64,000 nucleotides of DNA from Eledone cirrhosa (Eukaryota): assembly GCA_964016885.1 (NCBI GenBank), contig OZ024742.1, positions 124,000,001 through 124,064,000 of the forward strand, written 5' to 3'. This document shows positions 58,681-64,000 of this stretch, piece by piece. The notes under the pieces are model-generated. The model was not told the DNA's origin. It searched no databases and was given only the letters and a program-made list of their open reading frames with translations. The position numbers and the translations under genes were made by a program. The stretch's first letter is position 1, and each line of letters starts with the position of its first letter.

Positions 58681-60934
58681 TACGGCAGCTTGTTGAAGAG
58701 TTGAGGACCCTAAAACGCCAGGCTATTGCAATATCTGATCCTTATTCTAGATGTGGAAGACGGGACCTTTGGCACCACACAGTGACGTCCTGTTCGACGG
58801 TTGGTCCAGCTCCCAATGCCAAAGTTTGGTGCTAGGCCCTCCATGATTTCCACATGTAGTTCAATGCGTACCTCTCCCGTTATTGATCCAAGGAGTAGAG
58901 GTTCAGTTCTTTTAGCCTCTCCCAGTAGCTTATCGCCTTCATCGTGGCAATCCTCTTGGTGTAGCTACGCTGCATTGCCTCAAGCTCCGTGGTTAGTTTG
59001 ACACTATGGGGTGAACACAACTGCGAGCAATAGTCCAGGCGGCTTAGGACAAATGTCCTCCATAGTGTCAACATGCTTCTCGGTCTCTTGTCCGGAGGGT
59101 CCTCAAGATCCAGCCAGCGAGTCGTCTGCACATTGTCGCCACTTTCATGATGTGTGAGGAAAAAGATGCATCATCGCTCATGTCTATACCCAGGTCTCAT
59201 ATCAATTTTGATACGGGGATATCGGTCCCTCCTGGTCCTGTGCAATTGTGTTGTACTATATTTGTGTTTGCAGGTTTGTTTGGATGTTTGTATTGTAGGG
59301 CTTGGAATTTGCCAGCATTAAACTGCATGTTGTTTTCTTCCGCCCATTTATATATGGCATCCAGATCTTGTTGTAAAAGGGCAGCGTCCGCCGGAGTTTT
59401 GATTGCCTGTGCTACCTTAGTGTCATCAGCATAGCTAGTGAGGGATGTTGTTGTATGTACTACATAGAGCATGTCTGATAGAGCCACCAAAAACAGTAGT
59501 GGTCCCAGGACTATCCCTTGGGGCACCCCACTTGTTATTGATGTTTCTTTTGAGAGGGCCCCGTTTGCTGCGACTGTCTGGCTTATCTCCTATAAGAAGT
59601 TATGCAGCCACTCACCTACTTTTCCAGTTATGCCGAGTCCGTGTAGTTTGTGACATATCATTCCGTGGTCGACCTTGTCAAAGGCCTTGGCAACGTCAAG
59701 ATATATCACGTCCACATGTGAGCTGTCTAGCAGTTGTTTCAGTACCCAGTCGTAATGATGTAGCAGCTGTGTAAGGCAGCTTCTTGCAGGGCGGAAGCCA
59801 TGTTACGTGCTAGTCAGGCAGTCATTTTCCTCGAGGAAAGTGTTCAGTTTCTTTCTGACGAAGGCTCCATGACCTTACTGATATCCGACGTCAGGGAGAC
59901 TGGCCTATAATTGTTGGCCTCCGCTCTGCTACCTCCTTTATAGATAGAGAATATTGTGCCTTCTTTCAGCTCCCTGGGTAGTCTACCGCTAGCCAAGGAT
60001 CTTTTGAAGAACATCTTCAGTGGAGTTGCTAAGGGCCGCGTACATGCTTTTAAGAGGACAGCTGGGTATTCATCAGATCCAGCAGCTGAGTCTGTTCTAA
60101 TTTCAGCTATGGCGTATACCACATACTCCTACGTTATGTCTATGTGGTTAATGATCGCCATTTCTTCATGTAGTGTTGTGGCATCAAAAACTCCTCTGGC
60201 TTTGTTATTTGCATGTGCCTCATTGGACATGTGAACACACATTTGTGAAGTATTTCACATATCTCTTGGGGATTCTCTGTTAATGACCCGTCTGTATGGA
60301 AGAGTGGCCCAATCTTGCAGTGTACCGAGGCAGTTTCTTTTGCAAATTTAAAGAAGGGTTTAGGGTTTGTTTTAATATTGTCTAAGGCCCTGCTTTCTTT
60401 CTTTGCCCTCTCATTTTCATGAGAAAGTTTGAGTGCAATCTCGGTGTCATGTAGTGCACGTTTCAAATAGTATTCCTTCTTGTTTTTGTTTTTTTGCTGT
60501 GCATTCAACTGGTTTGAGAGCTTGGTTCTACGTCTCATAAGGATTTACCTATCTCTGGGAATAAGATGTTTGTGTCTGTTTGCCTTTTTCTCTGGGACAA
60601 ACGTTTTGCATATAGTGTGTATCGTTGTCATGAAGTGTTGAAATTGTGTGTTGGTGTCTGGTTTGGCAGGGTTTTGCCCCATATTTGCTTCCAGATTTCT
60701 CTCTTGATCTTTTTCCAGTTAGCTTTGTCGAAGTTAAGGCCGGATAACGTCCCGGTGCTTCTTGATGGTTGTGTTTCTGTTGGTTCTCTAAGACCACATA
60801 TCATTAGTTCTAATAAGTTATCATCCGAAAGAATTGTTGGTGTCACCTTTACGTTGTCGATCAGCACTTCGTTGTTTGTAAAACAGAGGTCCAGAACATT
60901 TTCGCCTCTTGTTGGGAGGAGTACTGCTTGTTCC

Positions 60935-60935
<1 letters not shown>
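58680..60935 (-). mobile_element. degenerate CR1-like LINE ORF2 fragment
   Basis: [74 protein letters not shown]. Confidence 0.9.
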
Positions 60936-63277
<2,342 letters not shown>

Positions 63278-63597
63278 TATATATATATGACTCCAGTTCC
63301 TCAGTGAATTAACAACCCAACAAGGAACTGGGCATATCAGAGTTTTGACAATATTATACACCTAAACAACATATGTACTTGTCTATACCATACTAATTCA
63401 AACTGCCTAAAGAGGACACAGCCAAAGATAGCTGTCACTGACATGTATATAGCAGTAATAAACGAAGGTAAATTTTAATCATTTGACTTTTATTTGACTT
63501 TATTTCACACTACTCTGGAGTAACCAAACCAACATGCGCACTTCGTCGAGTGCTCCATTCTGCATACTGAGGTGTTGGTATACAACCAACATAAACT

Positions 63598-63668
<71 letters not shown>

Positions 63669-63696
63669 TACATATAAATACACACACACATACATG

Positions 63697-63736
<40 letters not shown>

Positions 63737-64000
63737 TACATACATATATATATAGAGAGAGAATTAGTATATCTACCAACATATGTATACAGATGTATAC
63801 TCATGCTAGCAAATATATATGTTATGTCTTAGTACCTTTGTGGTTCTATGCAAGGGGATGCAGAACAATTATATGAAAGACGTAAAATAAGAAAATTTTA
63901 AAATTAACTTACTTACTAAAATGTTCACTCCAACTAATTAGTTTCTGTAAGGGAATAAATATAGTTACGCAACACAACTATAGAGAAATCCTTACGGGAG

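Overview
AT-rich, microsatellite-laden animal genomic DNA. The SINE types and repeat landscape suggest a cephalopod such as octopus (inference). The only well-supported host coding sequence is one 155-bp internal exon of a carbonic anhydrase-related protein (CA10/CARP-like, 20558-20712, +). A weaker candidate terminal exon lies on the minus strand (53065-53411). The rest is probably intron/intergenic DNA filled with decayed mobile elements: a CsRn1-type Ty3/Gypsy LTR element, a near full-length RTE LINE, a CR1-like LINE, an internally deleted Helitron, tRNA-derived SINEs, a Tc1/mariner-like MITE, and many Penelope-like element (PLE) pieces. The most striking signal is about 15 intact or decayed type I hammerhead ribozyme (HHR) motifs from roughly nine apparently unrelated repeat families. 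Most sit in fold-back insertions inside (TA)n tracts. Several carry non-canonical cores: U3-A8 covariation in two families, U4A fixed in a three-copy family, and a recurring U10.1-U11.1 juxtaposition. Truncation and inversion breakpoints fall repeatedly at or inside the ribozyme. All folds were assigned by eye and none is experimentally tested. Almost all [12 protein letters not shown] ORFs in the track are microsatellite artefacts.
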